64,000 nucleotides of DNA from an uncultured Verrucomicrobiae bacterium (GCA_963719495.1 CAVRCI010000013.1:711199-775198); one strand, 5' to 3'. Shown: positions 33,306 to 46,000, numbered from the stretch's first letter. The notes: a model not told the origin generated them from the letters alone. Translations and numbers: made by a program.

Positions 33306-33569
33306 GGAGGGCGAGGGTTCCGCCGAGCCGTTTACTCGTCCCAATTTGAAGATCAGTGAACTCCACCTGATTGTCGCGGCGTGGCTGTGACCGCCGCTGA
33401 TTTCCGCGACAACGAATCCTTCCCCTCTTGCCAGGCGACCGGCGGTCATAGACTGCCGCTACAGCCTCGGTCAGGTTTATCGTGCGATTTGTTATCACAC
33501 CCGAACCGACCGATGGCTCACTCGATGATGATGCGATGCGAGCACGGCTCGGCGGGAGCCTCGCCCTCC
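33306..33569. repeat. Nested REP composite (GGAG pair enclosing a GTAG doublet)
   Basis: 33306-33330 and 33545-33569 are inverted; the GTAG doublet 33372-33466 lies inside. Confidence 0.85.
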
Positions 33570-33805
33570 GGGTTTGGGAGCGCCTTTCCGGCGGGACAGG
33601 CTTCCCCCGATCCATCGAGGCTGGCTGTATTTTACCGACGTATTGAGCAACGCGAAACATTTCCGACATTTTAAGCAATTCGATAGCGAGGCGTGGTAAG
33701 CGTATAACTCTCTTTTGAGTAATTATTTACGTGGCATATGGACCCCGGATTCCCGGAAAAGAGTTCCGGAAGCGGAAGCCAGTTCATTTGGGTATACAAC
33801 GCCTC

Positions 33806-35305
33806 ATGAATATCACGCGCCTCGTTCCTTCCCTTTGTCTTGCGATCGGATTGGCTCCCGTCGGATTGTTCGCTCAGATCCCCTCGTTCGCAGCCGCGGA
33901 TCTGGTGCTGGGTCAACCGGACTTCACCACGAACAACGTTGGTTCGCCGACCGCTACCAAACTCATTGACCCTCGCGACATCGCCATCGACCCCACTACC
34001 GGCAAGGTCTTCGTTTCCGATGGTGCCGCCAATCGCGTGCTCCGGTATGCAACGGAAGCCGCGCTCACGAATGGTGCCGCCGCCGAAGCCGTTTTTGGTC
34101 AGCCGGACTTCACGAGCGATGCAATCAATGCCGGAGGCGGGTTGATTCCATCACAAAATTCGCTATTTGTGCCGATCGGGATTTTTGTCGATGGCGGCGG
34201 TCGCCTTTGGGTCGCAGACGCAAGTAACAACCGCGTCCTGATGTTTTCCAATGCTTCGACGAGGAGCAACTTCGCACCCGCAGACAAAGTATTGGGTCAG
34301 GCAGGATACACGACGCGGGCGGATGGCGTCAGTTCCGTCGGCATGCGGGTTCCTTGGGACGTCTGGGTCGATGACGAAGGGAACCTAGCCGTTTCGAATG
34401 GAGCCACCACTTCGAGCGTCACGCTGTTTTTTGAAGACGCCGCCAACAAACTGAATGGGGGTAGTGCTGACAAGGTGTTCGGAACCGGGGACTTCATGGG
34501 GAATACCGACCCGGGCCCAAATGCGCGCGACACGATCAACCCGAGGGGAATTTCGATTGATTCCACCGGCACACTTCGGATCACTGATTCCGATCAGAAT
34601 CGCGTCATGGCGTATTCGAACGTGACGACCGTGAGTTCACCTCCTGGGCCAAATGCATTTCAAGTTATTGGCCAATCGAATTTTACCAGCGGCGGCAGCG
34701 CAACTACGCAGAGCGGTCTCGACCTCCCCACGGCGGCCCAGGTCGACCCGTTTGGGGATTTGTGGGTCATGGATTCGTCGAACAATCGCATCCTCCGCTA
34801 CAGTGGAAGTGCGTCACTCGCGAACGGAGCTGACGCCGTTGCCGTCCTGGGCCAGCAAGCCTTCACGACCAATTCTTCGCAGCGGTCGACTACGAAGATG
34901 AACCTCTCCTCGCTGAGTCTACTCTTCGTCGACGCGCAGGGGGACGTTTGGGTTGCGGATACCAATAACAACCGAGTCCTGCGCTTCTCCCGGCCAGCCG
35001 CAATTCCGGCTCCCGTCGTCGACACGACAGCACCGGATCTGCGGATTCGGGGGCGCAAGACCGTCGAAACGTTGCGCAATCGCGTTGTGATCCGCGGCCG
35101 GACCTCGGACGCTTCGGGTGTCCGCGAAGTGGACGTCAAGGCTCGCGGAGCGAAGGTCGCCAAGTCCAAGGTCAAGGCCAACGGGACGTTCAAGGTCGTC
35201 CTGCGAGTCACCAAGGACCGGGGCCGCCTGGTCGCGAAGCTGCGCGCCATCGACAACGTTGGAAATCGTTCGAAGGTATCGCGTTTCCGGATCTTGCGGC
35301 GGTGA
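33806..35305 (+). CDS. Secreted NHL-repeat protein (paralog 2)
   Basis: Signal peptide, AADLVLGQPDF, multiple NHL repeats, C-terminal domain ending RILRR. Confidence 0.9.
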   Translation: MNITRLVPSLCLAIGLAPVGLFAQIPSFAAADLVLGQPDFTTNNVGSPTATKLIDPRDIAIDPTTGKVFVSDGAANRVLRYATEAALTNGAAAEAVFGQPDFTSDAINAGGGLIPSQNSLFVPIGIFVDGGGRLWVADASNNRVLMFSNASTRSNFAPADKVLGQAGYTTRADGVSSVGMRVPWDVWVDDEGNLAVSNGATTSSVTLFFEDAANKLNGGSADKVFGTGDFMGNTDPGPNARDTINPRGISIDSTGTLRITDSDQNRVMAYSNVTTVSSPPGPNAFQVIGQSNFTSGGSATTQSGLDLPTAAQVDPFGDLWVMDSSNNRILRYSGSASLANGADAVAVLGQQAFTTNSSQRSTTKMNLSSLSLLFVDAQGDVWVADTNNNRVLRFSRPAAIPAPVVDTTAPDLRIRGRKTVETLRNRVVIRGRTSDASGVREVDVKARGAKVAKSKVKANGTFKVVLRVTKDRGRLVAKLRAIDNVGNRSKVSRFRILRR

Positions 35306-35427
35306 CTCGCCTTCCGGGTATTCGGATCCGGTCGGCGTCGCGCCGCCGGGCCTTTACCGTGGCGGTGAGAATATCCGCGGAACCAGAATCCGAATGTGAA
35401 CTGATCAAATGTCTGTGGATTGATAAC

Positions 35428-36273
35428 GTGCCTATTGTTCGATTCCCAGTTGTCGCTCTCGCCGTTCTTGCCCTGATACCCGCGCCGCTGTCCGCGCAGA
35501 TCCCGACCGCTGCGAGTGCGGATCTCGTGTTGGGACAGCCCAATTTCGAGACGGTCGAAGGAGCCATCGGAGGGACGAAGGCAACCTCGCTTTTCGATCC
35601 TTTGGACGTTGCGGTCGATCCGGGCACCGGGAAGGTTTTTGTTTCCGATGGGGCGACCCATCGCGTTCTTCGCTACTCGACGAAGGCATCTTTGGCGAAT
35701 GGCGAACCAGCCGAGATGGTTTTCGGTCAGCCCAATTTTACCAGTGATGCGGAAAACGCCGACGTGTCGACTTCTCCGACAGCTCCGGATGCGACCCAAG
35801 TGGTCGGTCAGTCGATCCTCACGTCGCCATCCGGTGCCCTCGCGGCGGATCGCCTCAAGCTGGATTCGCGATCCCAGATCTTCGTCGATTCCGACGGCGA
35901 CCTGTGGGTGGCCGACACCGACTCCGGTCGGGTATTGCGGTTCTCGCGGCCCGTGGTGGCGGCGGTGCCGATTCCATTTCCCATCGTGGATTCGACGACC
36001 CCGAAGTTTCGAATCCGCGGGAGGAAGACGATCGAAACTTTGCGGAATCGGGTTCTCGTCCGAGGAACGGCGACGGACGCGTCGGGCGTGCGTGATATCG
36101 ACGTCAAGGTGCGGGGTGCAAAGGTGGCCAAGGCGCGGGTGAAGGCGAATGGAACCTTCAAGGTGGTTCTTCGATTCAGCAAAGATCGCGGGCGCGTCGT
36201 GGCGAAGCTCCGGGCGATCGACGCGGCTGGCAATCGGTCGAAGGTCGATCGGTTTCGGATCATTCGCCGGTAG
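35428..36273 (+). CDS. Secreted NHL-repeat protein (paralog 3, internally deleted)
   Basis: GTG start inferred; only the first and last NHL repeats are retained; C-terminal domain ending RIIRR. Confidence 0.8.
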   Translation: MPIVRFPVVALAVLALIPAPLSAQIPTAASADLVLGQPNFETVEGAIGGTKATSLFDPLDVAVDPGTGKVFVSDGATHRVLRYSTKASLANGEPAEMVFGQPNFTSDAENADVSTSPTAPDATQVVGQSILTSPSGALAADRLKLDSRSQIFVDSDGDLWVADTDSGRVLRFSRPVVAAVPIPFPIVDSTTPKFRIRGRKTIETLRNRVLVRGTATDASGVRDIDVKVRGAKVAKARVKANGTFKVVLRFSKDRGRVVAKLRAIDAAGNRSKVDRFRIIRR

Positions 36274-36317
36274 CGGGGGAGAGGGAGTGCCGCCTTCGGC
36301 GGATTGGTTTGGTGTCT

Positions 36318-36362
36318 CGGGCGGGACGCCCTCGACGGCAGGCGGGACGCCCGCCGCTCCCC
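36318..36362. repeat. GGAG-family double-hairpin REP
   Basis: CGGGCGGGACGCCC...GGCAGGCGGGACGCCCGCCGCTCCCC. Confidence 0.65.
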
Positions 36363-36386
36363 ATGACTTGGCTCAAGAGCGCGCTA

Positions 36387-38243
36387 TTACGGGGACGGCG
36401 CCAAGTTCAAGCGGAGGAAGAGACGGTCTGTGGTGATCGCTGGGGCGGTGGCTTCCATTTGGTATTGGTCGCCGAGATCCGCTGTGGCGCGGGTGCGGAT
36501 GCTCGATTGGCTCCAGGTGGTGAGGTTGGTGGAGCTGGTCACGCGGCCGGTTCGGCTGGGCGCGGCTTTTGCCTTTCGGTATTGAAAAACGACGCTGGCG
36601 GGGAGTGATGGTTTGGCTTCCGGCGTTGGGTTTGGCTGCCAGGGGTCGGTGCCGCTGAAGTATTCGGTGAGGGTGTTCGCGCCATCGCCGTCGGCGTCGG
36701 CTTGGTTGCCCCAGACGGTGGTTTCCTTGGCGGGGTCGGCCAGATCGGTGGCGGAAAAGCGGGCGGCGCGGTAGGCGGCGAGGCTGTCGTGCTCAAGGCC
36801 GTCGGCGAGGACGGCGACGAAGCCTTCGGTCGCGCCCGCGGACGTGGGTTGAGCGGGTGCGACGGTGTGGACGGGGGCAGGGGTCGTGCCCGCCCAAGCG
36901 ACGCGGGGGGAGCCGCCGAGCAGGCGGGCGTCGATGGCGTTGGTCTCGCCGCCGGTCGAGAGGCGGGTGGTGTAAAGCCGGGTCCGGAGGTCGGGGCTCA
37001 TCACCATGAACCACGCGCCGCCGGTGTAGGAGCCGTCGCCGAATGGGTTGGTGGCGACTTGGCCCGCGACGGGCGAGTAGAACGGGGAGAAGGGGATCGG
37101 GAGGCCGGAGGCGGCGGCCCCGCCGACGTAGACACGGCCGAGTTCATCGGCTCGGACCTCGCCGCGACGGGTGCGGATGGCGTTGCCTTTGCCGTTGGAT
37201 AGGCGGGCGACGAATTGCTGACCGCGCTGGTAGGCACCGGTGGCGGCTTCGAAACGGGCGACGAAGGTCTTGTGCTCGGACGCGGTGTTGGAAAATTGCT
37301 GCCAGCGGTCGCCGCCGACGACGGTCGCGGGAACGGCGAGGTCCTGAGCGCTCCAACGAAAGATGTGATTGCCGCCCGCGCACTCGAAGGCGGCGTAGAG
37401 GAGTCCGTCGCGTCCCATCGAGCAGCGGTAGCCGCGGGTGTCGGCCATGTTGTTCGTGTAGCGGTTGAGAAAGTCGGGACTCGCGGTGGTGCTGGACCAG
37501 TCGTAGGCGAGCCACTTGGGCGTTCCGTCGTAGGCGAGGCCGCGGAGGTAGGCGATCTGGACGGGTTGGCTGCGGTTGCCGTCGAAGGCGTTGGTTTGCC
37601 GCCAGCCGATTTGAACGATGGTCTGGGACGTGCCGTCGATGCAGACGTCGGTGGTGTTGCGGTAACCGGAGAAGGCTGCGATTGGGTCGCCGAAGGGGCC
37701 GAGGACGGTGGTGGTGCCGGTGCCGGCGGCGCTGTCGGGGTCGGCGGTGTTCGACGGGCGGTGGGCGACGACGTGACCGTCCCACGCGGCGTCGACGCGG
37801 TGGATGAGCGTGCCCGCGAGGGCGGACCATTCGATGATGGTCGCGTCGGGGTCGAGGAAAAGCACGCCGCCCGTGCCGGCGGCGGCGACGATGTTGTCGG
37901 CTTCGTCGATGGCGAGGTCGGTGAGCTCGGCGGCGACCCGCGTGACGGAGAGGATGCGTTGGCCGTCCGGGGTCAGGCGAATGATGGTGCCGCCGGAGGT
38001 GGCGGTCGCGCCGTTGAGCAGGCGGAGGGTGACGTTGCCCGGGGTGGTGGCGCCGACGTTGGCGGCGAGGACGATGACGCCGTTGGATTGGATGCGGAGG
38101 CCGCGGACGGAGTCGGTGTCGGCGGCGCTCCCGAGATAGGTGCTGGTGGCCAGGTCAAAGGGGGCGGCGGGGGTCGTCGTGGGGAGGAGGAGGGTGAGGA
38201 GGGCGGTGGCGAATGGGAGGGAGAGTCTTGGGGGGTGTTTCAT
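36387..38243 (-). CDS. Secreted beta-propeller-like protein with C-terminal DxDGDG domain
   Basis: Signal peptide MKHPPRLSLPFATALLTLLL; STYLG; C-terminus ADADGDGANTLTEYFSGTDP...SSTNLTTW...RLFLRL. Confidence 0.8.
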   Translation of the reverse strand: MKHPPRLSLPFATALLTLLLPTTTPAAPFDLATSTYLGSAADTDSVRGLRIQSNGVIVLAANVGATTPGNVTLRLLNGATATSGGTIIRLTPDGQRILSVTRVAAELTDLAIDEADNIVAAAGTGGVLFLDPDATIIEWSALAGTLIHRVDAAWDGHVVAHRPSNTADPDSAAGTGTTTVLGPFGDPIAAFSGYRNTTDVCIDGTSQTIVQIGWRQTNAFDGNRSQPVQIAYLRGLAYDGTPKWLAYDWSSTTASPDFLNRYTNNMADTRGYRCSMGRDGLLYAAFECAGGNHIFRWSAQDLAVPATVVGGDRWQQFSNTASEHKTFVARFEAATGAYQRGQQFVARLSNGKGNAIRTRRGEVRADELGRVYVGGAAASGLPIPFSPFYSPVAGQVATNPFGDGSYTGGAWFMVMSPDLRTRLYTTRLSTGGETNAIDARLLGGSPRVAWAGTTPAPVHTVAPAQPTSAGATEGFVAVLADGLEHDSLAAYRAARFSATDLADPAKETTVWGNQADADGDGANTLTEYFSGTDPWQPNPTPEAKPSLPASVVFQYRKAKAAPSRTGRVTSSTNLTTWSQSSIRTRATADLGDQYQMEATAPAITTDRLFLRLNLAPSP

Positions 38244-38305
38244 CTGGAAGTGGTGGTGGTGGGCGTTTTGGTGGGGAAAGTGCGCCTTCGGCGGGGGTTT
38301 TACGA

Positions 38306-38353
38306 GTCCCGGGCAGGATGCCCGGGACGGCGGGCTGGAAGCCCGCGCTCCCC
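38306..38353. repeat. GGAG-family double-hairpin REP
   Basis: GTCCCGGGCAGGATGCCCGGGAC-GGCGGGCTGGAAGCCCGCGCTCCCC downstream of katG. Confidence 0.75.
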
Positions 38354-38377
38354 GCGCGGGCTTCGCCCTTGGTTTTT

Positions 38378-40795
<2,418 letters not shown>

Positions 40796-40816
40796 TCACG
40801 CGCTGGGAGGAGGTTT

Positions 40817-40844
40817 GGGAACGCGGCGGCGCGCATTCCCTACC
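40817..40844. repeat. Solo copy of the array-type GTAG REP
   Basis: Reverse complement GGTAG-GGAATGCG-CGCCGC-CGCGTTCC matches the arms of the 10381 array. Confidence 0.75.
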
Positions 40845-40896
40845 TTTTCTGGGTGGGCGTCCGGGGGCGTTGTTTGTCGCGTAGGGTTTGCGTCTT

Positions 40897-41895
40897 ATGA
40901 AGTTGCCCCGGGGGTTGATTTATTTGGTCGATGAGGGGCCGGGGATCTCGCGGCGTCGGGCGGGGGCGGGGTTTTCGTATTTTTTGCCGGATGGGGAGCG
41001 GTTGGCGGATTCGGCGGAGGTGGCGAGGATCAACGCTCTGGCGATTCCTCCGGCTTATCGACGGGTTTGGATTTCGCCGCGGGGCAACAGTCATTTGCAG
41101 GCGACGGGTTACGATGACAAGGAGCGGAAGCAGTATCGGTATCACGCGGATTGGCAGGCGCTGCGGGCGCGGGAGAAATTTTCGCAGATGGAGGAGTTCG
41201 GGGCGGCTTTGCCGGACATCCGGGCGGCGGTGGCGGGGGCTTTGCGTCATCGCGAATTGGACCGGGTGCGGGTGGTGGCGACGCTGGTGCGGATGCTGGA
41301 CCAGACGGCGTGCCGGATCGGAAATCTGAATTATCGTGACGAAAATGGGACGTATGGCTTGTCGACGCTGGAGGCGGAGCACGTGGACGCGCACGGGGAG
41401 ACGGTGGAGCTGGCTTACCGGGGAAAGGGCGGCGGCGACATCGAGGCGAAGCTGCGGAGCGGGACGGTGGCGAAGATCGTGCGGAAGCTGCAGGAGCTGC
41501 CGGGTCAGCATTTGTTCAAATTCCGCGACGCGCGAGGGGCTTGGCACCCGGTGGATTCGAGCGACGTGAACGAGTGGTTGCAGGAGGTGACGGGGGCGGA
41601 GTTCACGGCGAAGAATTTCCGGACGTGGCACGCTTCGCGGTTGGCGCTGGAGATTTTTTCCGAGACCGAGGTGCCGGATTCGGCGGCGGGGGTGGTGCGA
41701 GCGCGGAACGCGGGAATTAAAGAGGTGGCGGCGAAATTGCATCACCGGCCCGCGACTTGCCTCAAATATTACATCCATCCGGTGGTGGTGGAGTGGTTCG
41801 AGGCGGGGAAGCTGGCGGGACTCGTGGAGCCGGATGGCGTGCCGGTGCGGGGGCGGGCGGCTTCGGAGGATGCTTTACTGCGAATCCTGCGGTGA
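40897..41895 (+). CDS. DNA topoisomerase IB (bacterial type)
   Basis: LAIPPAY, HLQATGYD..RKQYRYH, RIGN, YRGKGG, LPGQHLF, FTAKNFRTW, KYYIHP. Confidence 0.93.
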   Translation: MKLPRGLIYLVDEGPGISRRRAGAGFSYFLPDGERLADSAEVARINALAIPPAYRRVWISPRGNSHLQATGYDDKERKQYRYHADWQALRAREKFSQMEEFGAALPDIRAAVAGALRHRELDRVRVVATLVRMLDQTACRIGNLNYRDENGTYGLSTLEAEHVDAHGETVELAYRGKGGGDIEAKLRSGTVAKIVRKLQELPGQHLFKFRDARGAWHPVDSSDVNEWLQEVTGAEFTAKNFRTWHASRLALEIFSETEVPDSAAGVVRARNAGIKEVAAKLHHRPATCLKYYIHPVVVEWFEAGKLAGLVEPDGVPVRGRAASEDALLRILR

Positions 41896-41904
41896 TGAGT
41901 GATG

Positions 41905-41983
41905 GCCCGCTAAACACGCGAAACGACGCGAATGGGAATACCCTGATAGAAATTATTCGCGTGAATTCGCGTGTTTAGCGGGC
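41905..41983. repeat. 9-nt-periodic inverted repeat between convergent genes
   Basis: GCCCGCTAAACACGCGAAACGACGCGAAT ... ATTCGCGTGAATTCGCGTGTTTAGCGGGC. Confidence 0.8.
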
Positions 41984-41985
41984 AG

Positions 41986-42864
41986 TCATTCGGGGAGTTG
42001 GCGGGCTTTAGCGCGGATGGTTTCCAAGAAGGCTTCGGCGATGGGGGGGAGTTTTCCTCGCCAGAAGGCTCCGATGGGGAGGGTGGGGGTGCGGGCGAGG
42101 GGGAGTTCGCGGAGGTCTTCGGTGAAGGTGGCTCCGGGGAGGCGGACGGTGAGGCCGGCTCCGAGGCCGTGGGTGACGTAGAGGGCGACGAGGTCGTTGG
42201 AACTGACTTCCATGGCGACGGGCCAGGCGAGGCCTTGCTTGCGGAGGGTGTCGGCGAAGAGGCGGCGGATGCGTTCGTGGGCGGGGAGGGCGATGAGCGG
42301 GAGGCGGCCGGCGGCACCTTCGCGGATGGCGGCGGCGGCTGATTTGATGGGGGTGTCGTGGCGGACGACGAGGACGAGGGGGAGGCGGACGAGGATCTCG
42401 GTGCGGAAGCCGGGGCGGGATTTTTCTTCGAGAACGGAGATGCCGAGGTCGGCTTCGCCCTGGGAAATGCGTTCTTCGGATTGGTGCTGGTCGGCTTCCT
42501 GGAGATTGAGCCGGAGGCCGGGGTGGCGGGTGCGGAGGGTGGCGATGACCTCCGGGAGATGGTCGCGCATGACCTGGGTCGGGCCGACGAGGCGGAGTTC
42601 CTGCGAGAGGCGGCCTTTGATTTCGTCCTCGACCGCGGAGAGGCGGCTGAAGAAGGGGGCAACAAATTCGTAGAGGCGCTCGCCGTGGGGAGTCAGGCGG
42701 AAGGGGCGGCGCTCGAAGAGCTTGACGCCGAGGTCGGCCTCGAGGGCGGCGACCTGGGCGCTGACCGCGGGCTGCTGGATGCCGTAGGGGATGTGGCGGG
42801 TCGCGGCGACGATGCCGCGGTGCTTGGCGACGTAGTGGAAGAGCTCGAGGTGATGGACGTTCAC
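41986..42864 (-). CDS. LysR-family transcriptional regulator
   Basis: (M)NVHHLELFHYVAKH...QQPAVSAQVAALEADLGVKLFERRPFRLTPHG; GTG start. Confidence 0.92.
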   Translation of the reverse strand: MNVHHLELFHYVAKHRGIVAATRHIPYGIQQPAVSAQVAALEADLGVKLFERRPFRLTPHGERLYEFVAPFFSRLSAVEDEIKGRLSQELRLVGPTQVMRDHLPEVIATLRTRHPGLRLNLQEADQHQSEERISQGEADLGISVLEEKSRPGFRTEILVRLPLVLVVRHDTPIKSAAAAIREGAAGRLPLIALPAHERIRRLFADTLRKQGLAWPVAMEVSSNDLVALYVTHGLGAGLTVRLPGATFTEDLRELPLARTPTLPIGAFWRGKLPPIAEAFLETIRAKARQLPE

Positions 42865-42885
42865 GAGGATTTCGGTGAATTCTTC

Positions 42886-42980
42886 AACCGCGGATGGCTC
42901 GGATGACGCGGATGGATACAAAGGAGGAGAGGCCTCCGAATCTCACTTCATCCATCCGTGCCATCCGTGATATCCGCGGT
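42886..42980. repeat. ACCGCGGAT-type periodic inverted repeat
   Basis: ACCGCGGATGGCTCGGATGACGCGGATGGAT ... ATCCATCCGTGCCATCCGTGATATCCGCGGT; half copy at 20038-20066. Confidence 0.8.
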
Positions 42981-42987
42981 CGAATGT

Positions 42988-43002
42988 ATTGATAAATTCG
43001 AT
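42988..43002. promoter_or_regulatory. Candidate LysR box (T-N11-A)
   Basis: ATTG-ATAAATT-CGAT dyad in the divergent lysR/aas intergenic region. Confidence 0.4.
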
Positions 43003-43058
43003 ATCGGCGGCGCGCCTATCGATTAGGTGATCTCGGTTCAGGTGGCAAGATCGCGGTC

Positions 43059-46000
43059 ATGGAAACGAAATTCTTTCATTCGGCGTTTATTAAGCTGCTC
43101 TTCACGCAGACGCAGGTGGCGTTTAACGACAACGGGACGAAGCTGGTGCTCATTGGCTTGGTCAATCTGGTGCTGCCGATGGAGGCGGCGATGCGTTACG
43201 TGTCGTTGATTTCCCTGCTGCTGGTCTCGCCGTTCGTGATCTTTGCTCCGATGGCTGGGTGGCTGAACGATCGGTTTGCCCGGCGGGAGGTCATTCGGTG
43301 GAGTCTTTGGTTGCAGATGGCGGTGATGGTTTTTCTCATCGGCTCGGTGGTGGCGGGGAGTTTGCCGTTGGTGATGGCGGGGTTCTTTTTGCTGGCGGTG
43401 CAGTCGACGTTTTTCTCGCCGGCCAAGCGGGCGATTCTCAAGGAGCTGCAGCCGACGGAGCGGTTGCAGGCGGCGGTGGGGTGGTCGGAGATGCTGTGCA
43501 TCGGGGCGATTCTGGGGGGCAGTCTGGCGGGTGGATTTGCGGTGGATGAGTTGGCGGCGCGAGTCGGGGATCCGATGCTGGCGGCGGCGGGGGCGCTCGG
43601 GGTGTTTCTGGTGCTGTGCGTGGTGACGGCGCTCGTTTTCCGGCGGATGCCGGCGGGGGTAGGTCGTCCGGAGGTGCGGTTTTCTCGCGGGGCTTTGGTG
43701 GGTCATGGGGCGCTGCTGCGGGCGTTGCGGGTGACGCCGGGGATCCTGCGACCGGTGGCGGCGGAGAGTTTGTTCTATTTCGTGGGTGGGGTGCTCATGA
43801 TCGTGCTGGCGCAGATGGCGCGGTTGGCGCACCCGGATGGGGTGGGGGCCGGGCAGGCGGCGGGGGTGTTCATGGCCTTGGTGGGCGCGGGGATCGGGGT
43901 GGGGAGCTTGGTGGCGGCTTCGCTGCGGCGGCGGGAGACGCGGGTGGGGGTGATTCCGCTGGCGGCGCTGGTGATGGCGGTTGGGTTGGTGCTGCTCGCG
44001 GTGGGTGGGCCGACTTGGTGGGTGCTGGTGCTCATCGGGGCGGGTGGCGGGTTGTTTTGCGTGCCGGTTTCGAGTGCGTTGATCGAGCGGGCTCCGGAGG
44101 CGACGCGGGGCAGCATCCTGGCGGCTTCGAGTCTGTGCAGCAGCGTGACGGGGATGCTGGCGGTGGGGGTGCAGTGGGTGCTGGCGGGGTGGTTGGGCTG
44201 GGGCCCGGGGGCGCAGCTTGTCTTTCTGGCGGTGGTGATGCTGGCTACGGCGGTGATGGCGGTGCGTTGGCTGAAGGTGGAGATTCTCACGATGGTGGCG
44301 CGGGGGCTGGGGCACGCGTTTTACCGGGTGCGGGCGATCGGGGCGGAGAACCTGCCGGCGACGGGTGGGGCGCTGCTGGTGTGCAATCACGTGAGCTACG
44401 TCGACGCGATCATTCTGTCGCTGGCGAGTGAGCGGCCGATTCGGTTTTTGTCGTTCGCGGGGTTTTTCGAGACGCCGGTATTGGGGTCGTTGTTGCGGGC
44501 GTTTGGCGCGATTCCGGTGTCGGGGGCGCATTCGAAGGATGCGATTCGCGCCGCGGCGGCGAGGGTGCGGGATGGGGAGCTGGTGTGCATTTTTCCGGAG
44601 GGTCAACTGACTCGGACAGGATCGCTGATGGAGCTGAAGCGGGGGTATGAACTCATTGCGCGGCAGGCGGATTGCGCGGTGATCCCGGTGGTGACGGATG
44701 GCTTGTGGTCGTCGATTTTTTCGTTCGAGCGGGGGAAGTATTTTTTCAAGGTGCCGAACGCGCTGCGGATCGGCGTGCGGGTGGTTTTCGGGGCGGCGCT
44801 GGAGGACACGAGTCCGGCGGAGTTGCGGCGGGTGATGGGGGAGTTGGGCGAGGTGGCGTTCGGGGCTCGGTCGGAGTTGGCGGGGTCGCTGGATGGGGCG
44901 TTGGTGCGGGCTTTGCGGCGGCGGCCCTGGCGGGTGGCTGTCGCGGACTATGGGCTGGGCGGCCAGCGGATGCGGGCGGGGGTGTTGCTGGGGGTGTGTT
45001 CGGCGGTGGCGAAGCGGTGGCGGCGGGAATTTCCGGAGCAGCGGGTGGGGGTGATTTTGCCGCCGGGAATCGGCGGGACGGTGGCGAACGTGGCGCTGAT
45101 TCTGGCCGGGAAGACGCCGGTGAATCTCAACCCGACGGCGGGCGCGGCGGCGATGGCGCATTGCTTGGAGACGGCTCGGATCGACTCGGTGGTGACGGCT
45201 GCGAAGGTGCGTGAAAAATTTGCGGATCTGCCTTGGCCTACGCGGACGGTGGACGTGGCGGCGGTGCTGGGTGGGGTGTCGGTTTGGGCGATTTTGCGGG
45301 GATTTCTGTTCGCTCGGGGTGGTGCGGGGGCAGAGAGGTCGGAGGTGATCTTGTTTACTTCGGGGAGTAGCGGGAAGCCTAAGGGGGTGCGGTTGACGAG
45401 CCGGAATCTGCTGGGGAACGCGATGCAGGTGGATGAGCTGGGGTTGCTGCGGCGGGATGAGGTGATTCTGTCCGGGTTGCCGCTGTTTCACTGCTTCGGG
45501 CTGAACGTGGGGATGTTTCTCGCGCTGCTGAGCGGGCGGCGGATGGTGACGGTGCCGACTCCTTTCGATTACGGGAAGATCGCAAAGGCGGCGAAGGGGG
45601 AGGGGGCGACTTTCCTGCTGACGACGCCGACGTTTTTGAAGGGGTATCTGCGGAAGATTCCGGCGGAGGCTTTCGCGAGTATGCGGTGCGTTTGTTGCGG
45701 GGCGGAGAAGCTGCCTGGGTCGGTGGCGGCGGCGACCTGGGAGAAATTTGGCGCGGAGGCGATCGAGGGGTATGGGCTGACGGAGACTTCGCCGGTGGTG
45801 GCGTTTAATCAACCGGATCCGGAATGTGGGCTTGGGGCGGAGACGGATCAGGTTGGGAAGCGGGCGGGGACCGTGGGGCGCTTGGTTCCGGGGGTGGCTT
45901 GGCGGCTGGACGCGGGTGGGGTGCTGTCGCTGCGGGGGGCGAACGTGGTGACGGGGTATCTGGGTGGGGAAGCGGCGGAGGATGGGTGGTTCGCGACGGG

